From: Octopus sinensis
Taxonomy: Eukaryota
DNA length: 64,000 bases
Direction: 5' to 3'
Assembly (NCBI RefSeq): GCF_006345805.1
Contig: NC_043012.1
Location: forward strand, 56,482,001 to 56,546,000
Numbering within the stretch: position 1 is the stretch's first letter; every line of letters begins with the position of its first letter. Below, piece after piece: positions 12,299-25,700 of this stretch. A model generated the notes under the pieces. The model ran no database searches. It was not told where the DNA came from and worked only from the letters and a program-made list of their open reading frames with translations. A program made the position numbers and the translations under genes.

Positions 12299-15200
12299 GG
12301 CGACGTAGTCAGTCCACCTGTGCATACCTTCCCTCTTATGACACTTGTGAAGACCTGTTGAGGCAGAGGCAAGTGTGTGACACTTGTGAAGACCTGTTGA
12401 GGCAGAGGCAAGTGTGTGACACTTGTGGAGACCTGTTGAGGCAAGTGTGTGACACTTGTGAAGACCTGTTGAGGCAAGTGAAAATCAAACCAAATCAAAA
12501 TAGATGAACATCAATGGAATTTGTATCTTTGTGGTTCCAGTACCGGTGGCACACAAAAAACCATCCGATCGTGGCCGTTCGCCAGCCACATCTGGCACCT
12601 GTGTCGGTGGCACATAAAAACACCATCCGAAGACCCGGCGACGTAGTCAGTCCACCTGTGCATACCTTCCTACTTATGACACTTGTGAAGACCTGTTGAG
12701 GCAAGTGTGTGACACTTGTGTAGACCTGTTGAGGCAAGTGAAAATCAAATCAAATCAAATCAAATCAAACCAAATCAAAATAGATGAACATCAATGGAAT
12801 TTGTATCTTTGTGGTACCAGTACCGGTGGCACACAAGAAAACCATCCGAACGTGGCCGTAGCCAGTACCGGATCGACTGGCCTCTGTGATGTGGGCACAT
12901 AACAAACACCATCCGATCGTGGCCGTCCGCCAGCCTCATCTGGCACCTGTGTCGGTGGCACATAAAAACACCAACCGAAGACCCGGCAAGACTAGTCAGG
13001 CCATAACCCGTGGCCCCTACTTGGGACGTAGTCAGTCCACCTGTGCATACCTTCCTTCCTTCTTGTGACACTTGTGAAGACCTGTTGAGGCAAGTGAAAA
13101 TCAAATCAAATCAAATCAAATCAAAATAGATGAACATCAATGGAATTTGTATCTTTGTGGTACCAGTGCCGGTGGCACACAAGAAAACCATCCGAACGTG
13201 ACCGTAGCCAGTACCGCATCGACTGGCCTCCGTGCTGTGGGCACGCAACAAACACCATCCGATCGTGGCCGTTCGCCAGCCTCATCTGGCACCTGTGTCG
13301 GTGGCACATAAAAACACCATCCGAAGACCCGGCAAGACTAGTCAGGCCATAACCCGTGGCCCCTACCTGGGACGTAGTCAGTCCACCTGTGCATACCTTC
13401 CTTCTTGTGACACTTGTGAAGACCTGTTGAGGCAAGTGAAAATCAAATCAAATCAAAACAAATCAAAATAGATGAACATAAATGGAATTTGTATCTTTGT
13501 GGTACCAGTGCTGGTGGCACACAAGAAAATCATCCGAACGTGGCCGTAGCCAGTACCGCATCGACTGGCCTCCGTGCTTTGGGGACGTAACAAACACCAT
13601 CCGATCGTGGCCGTCCGCCAGCCTCATCTGGCACCTGTGTCGGTGGCACATAAAAACACCATCCGAGCGTGGCCGTCTGCCAGCCTCGTCTGGCACCTGT
13701 GTCGGTGGCACATAAAAACACCATCCGAGCGTGGCCGTTCGCCAGCCTCGTCTGGCACCTGTGTCGGTGGCACATAAAATCACCCACTACACTCTCGGAG
13801 TGGTTGGCGTTAGGAAGGGCATCCAGCTGTAGAAACACTGCCAGATCTGACTGGCCTGGTGCAGCCTTCAGGCTCCCCAGACCCCAGTTGAACTGTCCAA
13901 CCCATGCTAGCATGGAAAACGGACGCTAAATGATGATGATGATGATGATATGTATGTATGTGTGTTTATAAGTTTGTGTGTCTCTGTTTGTCCCCCACAA
14001 CATCACTTGACAACTGATGCTGGTGTGTTTACATCCCCATAACTTAGTGGTTCGGCAAAAGAGACCAATAGAATAAGTACTAGGCTTACAAAGAATAAGT
14101 CCTGGGGTCGATTTGCTCGACTAAAAGGCGGAGCTCCAGGATGGCCACACTCAAATGACTGAAACAAGTAAAAGAGTAAAGAGAATATAACAGGTTTCTT
14201 TCAGTTTCCACCTCATAAGTTCACCCACAAGGCCTGATACAATGGTAGAAGACATTTCCTCAAGTAACCAAGCAGTGGAACAGAACCTGAAACCATGTGG
14301 TTGGGAAGGAAACCTCTTTACCATACAACCATTCCTGCAACACAATTTAAAAAAAAAATATACTTTTAGAAATAAAAATATAGTTTTCAATCATTAAAAC
14401 TTACCCCAGAAAGACATGAAAATTGCAAAAAATACAGTTGCTCCGTTGTCTACAATAGCACTGACCCTAGAATGGGAGCAAGCTTCAGAGAGATTCCAAT
14501 ATGGACATCGATGATCACATAGAGGGCACATAGTGATGTTAGTGCTTTGACAGATTTCATTACTGGAAAAAAATAAACAAAAATAAATCAATCAACTATG
14601 ATTGACGTGTTTAGTTATTTAATAAAATGTCAAGATTTCAAACTACCATAAATCCTCGAGTATAGTCCGCCCTTGAGTATAATATGCAGGGGATTTTTAG
14701 GGGACTGTACCTCTGAAAAACCTAAACCTTGTGTATAATACGCACCCCTTCTCTAACTTGAGTCATGTGTAATTAAGCCAGCAGGACCTAGTTGAACAAA
14801 CACTTCAGCGCATGCGTAATACAATAATGGTGATGTTCTTAACTGTTATATGGGAATGTAAATATGTTTGCAAATTGTTTTTGTTACATGTTATTCTGTG
14901 TTCTGAATACTTTTATTTTAATAAATGTTGCTTACTGCAAGTTATGAGTGATTCTTTTATGACTTCATTGCTTTCAGGCTTAGCTTAAGGTATTTTCGCG
15001 CCCGACATCACAAAATGCATCTGAATAAACATTGCCGGACAGCAAATAGAGACTCGGACATTGCTTAGAAAATATTTTTTATTTTCAACCTCGTATATAG
15101 TACGCACTAGTGATTTTGACCTTTAAATTTTGGGAAAAAAATGAGGATTATACTTGAGGATTTATGGCAATCAAAAAAGAGAAAATTTAAGATTTTAATA

Positions 15201-18200
15201 AATAATCAATTGACAAAATAAAGGACATTCACATTAAGTTGCATATAAAGATTACCCTTCTATCATTAATAATTAAAATATAGTTAATTTTTAATGTAAA
15301 TTTTACTAAGAGCAGACATTAAGTTTTTAAGAAGAAAATTCAGAGAGTACAGTTAAATATATACATATTTGAATGATTATAAAATATTTTTCGTTTTGAG
15401 CAAAATGAATGGCAATTAGATATTTTAGAAGTATTATTTTTTCAAGTAAATCTTTTCTGATTTGTTTTGATATAGCACCGAGTATTCACATCTGTTTTGA
15501 TTATCTCCTTTTATATGTAGTAACTGTGCATGCAATCTAAGCACTCTAGTTTCCCCTTTTTAATCTCACTGTGTTTTGTAATTCCCAATAGGAGAAATGT
15601 AGCTATTATAAAAACTGACTGTGTAGGACAGTGATTCTTAATTGGGATCTATATGGTCCCCGAGGGCCCATATAAAATTGGGGGGGGGTGCAACAAAATA
15701 GTAAATTGAGGATCCACAATAGTACTTTAAGGGGGCCCCTGAAAATATTTTGCTTTAGATGTATGTATTGAGATGTATTGCAAGAAACAGCCAGGTTTCT
15801 TTCTCAAATATTTTACATAGCTCCAGCTACACGAGCTAATGTGTGAAAAGCAAGATAGGAATTTTGAAAGAAAGCATCTATAAGACTAGTTTTTAACCCT
15901 TTCATTACCAACCCGGCTGAAACTGGCTCTGACTCTGAGTACAAATGTTTTGCTTTCATAAGTTTTGAATTAAAATCTTCCACCAAACCTTAGTCACAAT
16001 TTATATTCCTAACACTAACTGAATGATAATGAAGTTATTTTACTAAATTCTTTGTTATATTTAGAGTAATTCAAAGAAACACAGAGCATCTCAAAATAAA
16101 TACAGTAACAAAAGGGTTAAATGATAGTCAATAGACACCTAGTTACGTGTTTAACCCTTTTATTACCAACCCGGCTGAAACTGGCTCTGGCTCAGAGTAC
16201 AAGTGTCTTGTTTTCATAAGTTTTGAATTAAAATCTTCCACCAAACCTTAGTCACAATCTATGTTCCTAACACTAACTGAATGATAATGAAGTTATTTTA
16301 GTAAATTCTTTGTTATATTTAAAGTAATCGAAACAAACATAGAGCATCTCAAAATAAATACAGTAATGAAAGGGTTAAATACTGAATGGCTATGGGGGTC
16401 CACCAGAATAAAATAGTAATCAAAGGGGTCCATAGATAAAAAAATGGTTGAGAACCTCTTGTCTAGGAAATGAGTAAACCCATCCTAATGCAAAATGACA
16501 CTTTCCAATTTTCTTACAGCAGCAAAAAAGCTCCTTAAACTATGATCAAAGCAACCTGTTTCAGAGAAAGGCTTCTCTAAAATAAAAATTTGTATACAAC
16601 AGAAAAGCTGTTGGTCCTATGAGACAACTTCTCTACTGCTGCTGTTGTAATACACACACCTATTGGAGCTGTTTCTCCTCTTTCTCTATCTGTCTGTCTC
16701 AAATCTCCCTCTCTCTGTTTGTCTTTTTTCTGTCTCTCTGTTTCTCTCTCTATCTGTCTCTCTTAGTAGCTGGTGATAAGGAAGACATCCAGTAATAAAA
16801 TCACAGATAAATGAAATATGCAGAACAAAGAATTCATGTCTGTTATTGACATGTCCAACTTACACCAGCTTAGAGCCAAAGAAGCATTTATATGGTTACT
16901 TGATCTGACCTCATGTTACTTTCAGTAGTTTTGTACGGGCTACAATGTGTCAGCTGGACTTCTGTTGCACTACAGAAACTGGAAGTCTTTCAGGATCATG
17001 TAATGCAATTTATTACTAACACCAAACTTTCAGACCATGTCATAGTTGAAGATCTAAGACAAATAACAAAATTACCATCAATCGTCCGTGTCATCAAAAA
17101 TAAATTACTCAGGTTGTTTGACCACACTATGAAAATAGTTTGTGGCATCAGCAAGATCTGTTTAGAAGGTATGGTTAATGGAAAGGGAAACAGAGGTTGG
17201 CAACCTAAGAGCTGGAGAGATAACATCATAGCATGGACAGGGTTTGATATAGTTTCCCTGAGTGCTCTTGCCAAAGAACGAATACTAAACAGGCAACTAT
17301 CTCATGTTGGTGTGCATTCTGCTGCAGACAGAGATAGCAAGAAATAATGATGATGACCTGACCTGCTAGAAAAAGCAGTAAAATATCCCACATACTGTAC
17401 CATTTAGTTGTAAAAAGGAGGGGCATGCTTGACAATGTAGTTATTGATATACTAAAAGAAGGGATGGCCATGGTTGCAATATCTTTGAAACAGGTTTGTA
17501 AAGGTAGTGAACTGGTAGTGTTACTAAAGCATTGGATAGAAAGTCTTATAGTATTTGTTGTGGCTTTCTGTGATCTGAGTTCAAATCCTACCAAGGGATG
17601 ACTTTGCCTTACACCCTTTCAGAATCGTTAAATACCATTTGAGTACTGGAGCTATTTCTCCTCTTTCTCTATCTGTCTGTCTATCTCTCTCTCTCTCTCT
17701 CCACACACACAATCTGTCTCTGTTTCTGTGTCTCTCTTTGACTCTGTCAGTTGGGCTGTCTGTTTGTCTCACTCTGAATGAGCTAATTTAAAGAGTCCAA
17801 AGAGGGAGTGTTCAGACAGCAGCCCAACCAATTCTTCTGCCACCAGTCGGTGAACTTACAAAGTAAAGAAATAGGTCTGTTCAATCAGAGCTTACTCAGG
17901 GCTAAACAACAAAAACAATAACAAAACATTATAACAAGATGACGATAATAATGATAATGGTGATGACAACGATGATTATACAAAGCCAATACAATTCATT
18001 AACAAGAACAATAATTCAAGAAAACGAAGGTACTTTTACCTGACATAATTATCTCTCATAATGATTAATCCGTAGATCGTTATACCAAAACCAACAATTG
18101 CAGCTGGAATCAACATGAGGGTGTAAAATCCAAGCCAGGCAAAATAAATTCCTACCTTCTCACCAAAATATTCTCTGAAAACAGAAACGGTATATTATTT

Positions 18201-21200
18201 TTAAAAAAGCTTTTGATAAGGCAAAAAACAAACAAACAAACATACAAAGCTAATAATGATGGTTTCAATTAAATTGTTATCTTTTATTTGTTTCAGTCAT
18301 TAGACTGTGACCATGCTGGGGCACAGCCTTGAAGAATTTTTTTAGCTCAACGAATTGACCCTAATATATTTTTTTTTTATCAAAGCCTGGGACTTACACT
18401 ATCAGTTTCTTTTTGCTGAACCACTAAGTTACGGGATGTGTGATAAACACAAACACAAAGACGCACATACATACAATGGGCTTCCACACAGTTTCCATTG
18501 ACCAAATTTACTCACAAAACATTGGTCAGCCAAGGGCTATAGTGGAAGACACTTGCCTAAAGTGCCACACAGTGGGATTGAACATGAAACCATATGGTTG
18601 CAAAGCAAGCTTCTTGACCACATAGCCATGCTATGTATACATGTGCATACATGTGTATGTGGAGAGGTAGCACTTCAAGGTCATCAGAGTTTGAACCATC
18701 TGGCAGCCCTCTAATTCTTTTCAGGAACGGTATACCATGGACTACATTGGTGAATTTGCCCTTTTGTTTTTTGCAAGATGGTAGTATGTGGTTTAGTGGT
18801 AATTTGGTTGCTATTTCCAGCAGGTTTACTGACCTCATAGAGACTTCCTCACTGACTCAAGTCATAAAATTATATTGTTGTAAAGTGTAGGTTTTTTTCT
18901 TCTACCAAATGGTAGTCGTTTTGTGAATATTCTATGCTAAATTTATCTTAACCTGTTAGAGTTCAGACAACTCTCTCAAATGTAATGCTTATTTATTCAC
19001 ATAGTTTTGAGTTAATCATGTTTTATCTTGTAGCTTTAAAATTTTGACGATGTCATAATTTATTTTTAGAATAATATTGTAGGGTAGTGTGAGAGGTAAG
19101 ATCCGGCCTTATGGCCAGTTTAAATGCTAAAGAGTTGAAATATCTGTTAACATAACTTCATTTCAGATTTCAAAACTTACTTTATTCACATGGTTTTAAT
19201 GGTTAAAATGTCAGAAAAGGCAGCAAGACTTACTTTATGTAGTGCAATGGTTGAAATTTGAGAAACTGACTCCAATGCCCCCAGTTGTCATACAGATCTT
19301 TTCGAATATTAGGTTTTGTCTCTTTTTTCCAGTGGCCCTGGAACAAAATGTACACACACATTTTAAATGGTGAACATATAAAGTTAAATTTACAAAATAT
19401 GATAAAGTAATCTTGATCTCCAACTTAATGTTGAGGTTGTGTTAGAACATAGAAAACTGTGTTATTTATCTTGATTTCCTCAAGGTTATTATGCAGTGGA
19501 GGCACATGACTTAGTGGTTAAGGTGTTGGACTCATGATCGTAAGATTGTGGTTTCAATTCTTGGACCAGGCGATGCATTGTGTTCTTGAGCAAAACACTT
19601 CATTTCACATTGCTCTAGTCCACTCAGCTGTAGAAATGAATACCACCAGTACCTTAGTGGTTAGGGTGTTGGATTCACAACTGTAAACTTGTGGTTTTGA
19701 TCTCTGGACTGGACAATCCATTGTGTTCTTGAGTAAAACACTTCATTTCATGTTGCTCCAGTCCACTCAGCTGTAGAAATGAGTTAAGCCCGGAGAGGAA
19801 TGGGCTCCGCCAGACTTTCTCAGCCAAGATATGCTGCATGGCTGCAGTGCCCCAATGACCCCAAAGGGGTTAAGGGACTTGTTAACTTGTCAAATAACAC
19901 AGTATCCATGTTAAGTTGGAGATCAAGATTACCTTTTGGTATAAATATTGCTTTTGTTGCAGTTAATTATTTTAAAACATAAAATTTATAATTTTTTTAA
20001 AGAAAGGAAACCCCTTTCCCTTCATAACCCTTTTTAGGGCCTCTTAAATTAGTGGGAAAGATGGGAGGAAGTTATTGATAGACAAGAGAGCTGAAGAACA
20101 ATTGCAACAAAATGGATTCCACTAAATGCATTCAAAGACAAGGTGGTGCTGATGGTCTTGAACCAAATGACAGATTAAGTCTACCACCAATAAATAGAAA
20201 TGGCTCATTTGACATGCTTCCATACAGTTTCTGCTTACCAAATTTCACTCATATGACTTAGCTCAAAACAAAATTTGGTTAGAAAACCAAGGTTCTGCAC
20301 CAAGAGACTGAACTGAAAACCATGTAGTTATAAAATAATCTTCTAAACCACAGAATCATACCAGCACCCAAATGGTTGTATTGAGTTTGTATAATATCCT
20401 CTCAGTTGGGAATTGCTTGGTGAACTCATTAGTGGTGGTGCCACATAAAAAAGCACCAAGTACACTCTGTAAAATGGCTGGCATTAGGAAGGGTTTCCAG
20501 CTGCAGAAACCATGCCAAAGTAGACACTGGAGCTTGGTGTGGCCCTCTGACTTGCTAGCTCATACTGAATCATCTAACCCATGCCAGCATGGAGAATGGA
20601 TGTTAAATGAAGATGGCAATGATGATGATGATGATGATGAATTTCCTACATGAACAAACACTATTTTTCTCCATACTAACAAACATTTATTTTTTGTCTT
20701 CATATTTATTGTACAAGAAAGTTTAATTACCCAACAAACAATTATTTGATCAAATCATCTGAATACATCCCTAGAATGAGATAGTTGTGAAGTGAACTGC
20801 TTAACCACAGAGCCATAGCTACACCCCATGGTTGTATTCAGCTTATATTTTATCTTTCCCACACTAACAAACACTATTGTACCCCATATTAATTTATTTT
20901 TTATCTAAAGTTTAGAAGAAAGTATTGCAATCCAAAAATAAATATATAAAAAAAACCCAAAACTGAAATTCAAACTGATAATAAAAGTATTGTTTTGCAG
21001 GTGTTTTGTAAGTAGTGTTGTTGTTGTTGCTGTTGTTTATAATCCTAGGTCATCCTTTATCAAGAAGACATATTTTCAGAGGTATTCCCATCATGACCAT
21101 TCTACCTAATTTTAAGATGGTACAGAGGTGGCTTCAGGTAAATGAAATTTGGTTACTATTTCTAGTAAGTCAAGTGTCTATGTAGGGGCTTCCTTCACTG

Positions 21201-22699
21201 ACACAGGCGAAGAGATGTTGCTGACACTGTTTAACCCCAAGTCAGTCACAATCAGAAATGTTCCAGCTTTGACCATCCCTTCCTTTTTTTCTCATACATA
21301 ATAAATGCAGGGTAATATTATCTAATGTCCTTCTTTATTAAGGCAGTTATTTTTAGCAGACTGAGTATTTGTTGGTTGTGCAAATAGGTGTTGCTGATGT
21401 TTAATTCCAGGTTACTCTGATAGCAGTTATATGATCAAAAGGCATCCCAACTCTGACCACCCTATCTGTTGTTAGACCTATATTATCTAATATGTCATTT
21501 TATTTTTTAAAACAGTAAGGTTGGGGAGTGAGAATGATTTCAGAGGAAAGTTTGGTTGCTATTTCTAGCAGGTCGAGCAACCATGTAAATTCTCCCAGAT
21601 TGACCGTTTTGCAAATAGAGATTGCAAAATAGATTTCAGTCTAAGCAGTATTACACTCTTGGTGCTAATGCCCTGATATCACTGAAAGAAACCAAATACA
21701 CTAAACACACATCACAGAAGCAGTGGCATATTTAAATTTTGTAAGATTTCCTACAACCAGTTTCCTCACTGAAATAATTTTGCTTTTGACTCCACATACT
21801 GATACCTTCCTGGCTCCAGGCCAACTTTTATGTGAGGTATGATAGGAGAAAGCAGTAGCTATTGGTCTATTTCTTTTAAATTGAAGGGAACCAATCTGCC
21901 CCAGGATACATTTCAATGCTTTCCAAATTAACCCTTTTCTTTTTTTATTTGTTGAAATAAAATACCTTAGTTTCAATTATTTTTGAAAATAATCAAGAAT
22001 CTAGTAAAATAACTTTATCATCATTACAGTGGCATTTGTTTACAATTTACAATTAATGTATGGAAGCCTCTGAATACAGCGGTATAACATTATTGGGGTA
22101 TCATCATCATCACCCAGTGTTTTAAATCCGGGTTTTGTCCCCATTAATGGGGGTGGCCGGATCTACTTCAATGCCATAGCAACCAAGGTAGGCAGGTACA
22201 GCCCACCCCAACCTTTGGGCTGGCTGCTGTCCATTCTCCTTTGCTATCATGAGGCTGTTTTTGGAGATGGATATACCAATTTTACATATTAAATACATTC
22301 CTGTATTTAGGGGCTATTTAAGCAATGTGTTCATGGATGATTAAGGGATTAGATGAGTGCTGATGAAGGGGCATATACATCCATTACCCTTTTTTCATTT
22401 TCGATCTCATTGTACGTTTACATCTGACAGCTCGGATACAAAATGTTGTAACAAAAATCTGTGCTGGCTATAATTTCTATAGAACGTCTTTCGTTTCTTT
22501 CATTTTTCTTTTATCTGTTTCAGTCATTTGACTGCGGCCATGCTGGAGCACTGCCTTTAGTCGAGCAAATCGACCCCAGGACTTATTCTTTGTAAGCCTA
22601 GTACTTATTCTATCAGTCTCTCTTGTTGAACCGCTAAGTGACAGGGATGTAAACACACCAGCATCGGTTGTCAAGCGATGTTGGGGGGGACAAACAGAG

Positions 22700-22748
<49 letters not shown>

Positions 22749-25700
22749 TATATATATATGATGGGCTTCTTTTAGTTTCCGTCTACCAAATCCACTCACA
22801 AGGCTTTGGTCAGCCCAAGGTTATAGTGGAAGACACTTGCCCAAGGTGCCATGCAGTGGGACTGAACCCGGAACCATGTGGTTGGTAAGCAAGCTACTTA
22901 CCACACAGCCACTCCTTTGCTATTATGCAAAAGTGTCATAAGTCCAAAATGTTGCTTTTTCAGAAAACGAAAAAAATAGTTTCGCCATTCCATTTCTTTT
23001 CACATTAGCAACAGTATCAGCTTAACAAAATACTTTGTTGGGTGCATAAAATCGTAACTCCATGCATGTATGATATTTTCAGTCAGAAATATTTTTGCAA
23101 AACCGTCATATGTGGGACTTACTACACTTCTGAAAAATGCTAAACCGTTGTACTAAACTTTGACAATTTTCATATCTCAGCATCTGAAGCAGCTGGAGAT
23201 ACAATAGTTTGACTAAAAGAACCAGCTATTGCAAGCAAAATTAAATATTGCAAAAAAAAAAAAAAAAAAGCATTTGGCCAAATTTGGACATACGACAGCT
23301 TAACATAATAGCAACACTATATTTCACTAAACACTTCCAGATTATTGATTATTTTGAAGAGTAACTGAAACTTAGACATATGTATTTCATTAAAAATATA
23401 TTGCCAAAACAGATGATTTTTATACTTACTTCGTGTAACGGGAAAGCAGAAACATAATATCCATCACTTATCATTTTCTTTATACCTGCAAGAGAGGAGA
23501 TAATTACATTTTTTTTATATTTCTTCATAAGTATATCACATTTCATGTCTAGTTTATCATTTCATTTATTTCTATTTTTCTGCATTTTTATCTTTTATTT
23601 CTATTTAAACAGCAGTGGTTTGGTGGGATTAATTGAAATAGTAAACACAATATTTTGCAGTAGTATTTAGTTACAGTTCCTTATATTCTGAGTTCAAATC
23701 CTGACAAAGTTTACTTTAATTTCATCTTTCATCAATCTGAGGAAGACGAAACAAAAATGGATAAAAAAAGATAAAGCTCTCTCCTGAATCATATAGACAG
23801 ATAAAAGCTAGTTTCCTGGTCCATCACAGGAATACTCATTTTTACCAGCTGTCGGGACAGGAGCAATATGAAATGAAATGTGTTCAAGAATACCTCATAC
23901 TGCATAGTCCAGGAATTGAAACCATAATCTTAATGATGATGAATCCAGCACCCTAACCACTAAGTCATGTACCTCCACTGGGAAGAAACAAAAACTGCTA
24001 AAAATAAGTACCAGACAAGTACTGGAATCAGTATACCATATTTCCCAGCATGCAATTTGATGCATAAATTAAACATGAAGTGTAAACATTTAAATATCAT
24101 CACTATCTTTCCAAGACCTGCTGCATTTTACAGGAAATTTTTGGTCGTCTGAAATTGTATTGGTGCATAAATTGATCTGCCATTTTTGACTGTAAATTTT
24201 GGTCTGAAAAATTCAACTCATGCTAGAAAATAACAGTAATAGACTTCTTCTTCTCCAAGAATTTGTGGACTCTTGCCTGTGGTATATATCATGGATTTAT
24301 ATTGAAGGGTAGTGAGGTAATTGAAATAGGAAAACACAAAGGTTACATCCCTCTTAGTTCTGCTTTTTATTCTTCTGAAGGCGATATTATAAGTACTAAT
24401 TAAATAACATATTATAAGTACTAATTAGTAACATCACTAGGTGAGACAAGCTGACACTGAATTAGCTTCGCTGACTCACAGATGACGGTCATTTAGAGAA
24501 TGCATGGGCTAAGATTACGTGCCTTCATTGGTCAGTTAAAGTTGAGACAGTGTCATGTGACAACTTGATAGGGCTGCCTGCTGGAGCCTAGCAGCAGGTA
24601 TTTAAAGGGAAAAAATTTAACAAGTCAGTCAGTTGCCCGCTGACACTTGATGCTACATTGAAGAGGCCAAGGAACAGAAGAAAGAAGAAGAAAGAAGACA
24701 TGCACCCAACACCAGAGCTGAAGACACCTCCGAAAGGATGGGGGGAGGGCTGCCACATCAAAACGGTAGAGGAGTAGGGGCCAAAACCAGATGTGGGTCC
24801 TCCTGATGATGTCTTGAGCTAACTGGATCCTATAAAGGAGCTGTTGTGGTAGCAGACCACAAAACACGGTTGAAATTCCTAGTGTTGAATTGGTAGTTTT
24901 AGATAGTATGAAAGCCTAATAGAATTTATCCCATCACTCAGCTTTATGAGAGCTATAGTAGAAGACACTTATCCAAGGTATCATGCAGTGGGATTGAACC
25001 CAAAACTATGTGGTTGGGAACTAAACTTCTTAACTATACAGCCACACCTGCACTACTGCATTAAGAAGAAAGCAATGTAGATCTTACACACATCTCCTTC
25101 CTAACCTAATTGCTTCAGAAGCCAATGCAATTACACCTGCTTGAATTCCACATAAATTAATCCACATATTTACCACAGGAATATGATTCTGCATCTTTAT
25201 CTCCAAATGAAGTTCTTCTTAAAATGTAATCTACAATTCGGGTTCTCATGCCTTGACTGAAAATTGCTTCATGATTTTCTGGATATGCAAATCTGGAAAA
25301 ATAAACATTAATTTAATAAAAAAAAAAACAGGAACACGTTTTTATTTTTGAAATCTATAAAAATATTAGATAACTATAAAGGTATATATATGTGTGTGCA
25401 CATGCATATATGTGCATATAGGTTTGGGCATAGTTATGGTATGTATATATATATATGTATGACACTGAAGCTCTCCAAATTAAACACCAATATCTAAGCA
25501 TTTTCCAAGCTTAATAAGATTATCTATTAGGAAAACAACCAATATCAATGTAATCTCCACAGGCATAGGAATGGCTGTGTGGTAAGTAGCTTGTTTACCA
25601 ACCACATGGTTCCAGGTTCAGTCCCACTGCAACTGACTGACTTGGGCAAGTGTCTTCTACAATAGCCTTGGGTTGATCACAGTCTTGTGAGTAGATTTGG

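Noticed and set aside
11158-13950. CRISPR-like array
   Set aside because: Units are directly adjacent with no unique spacers, the context is a eukaryotic intron, and no cas genes are present.
21701-21976. ORF as an extra anoctamin exon
   Set aside because: No pyrimidine tract, overlaps a MITE fragment, no family similarity; exons 7 and 8 already join in frame.
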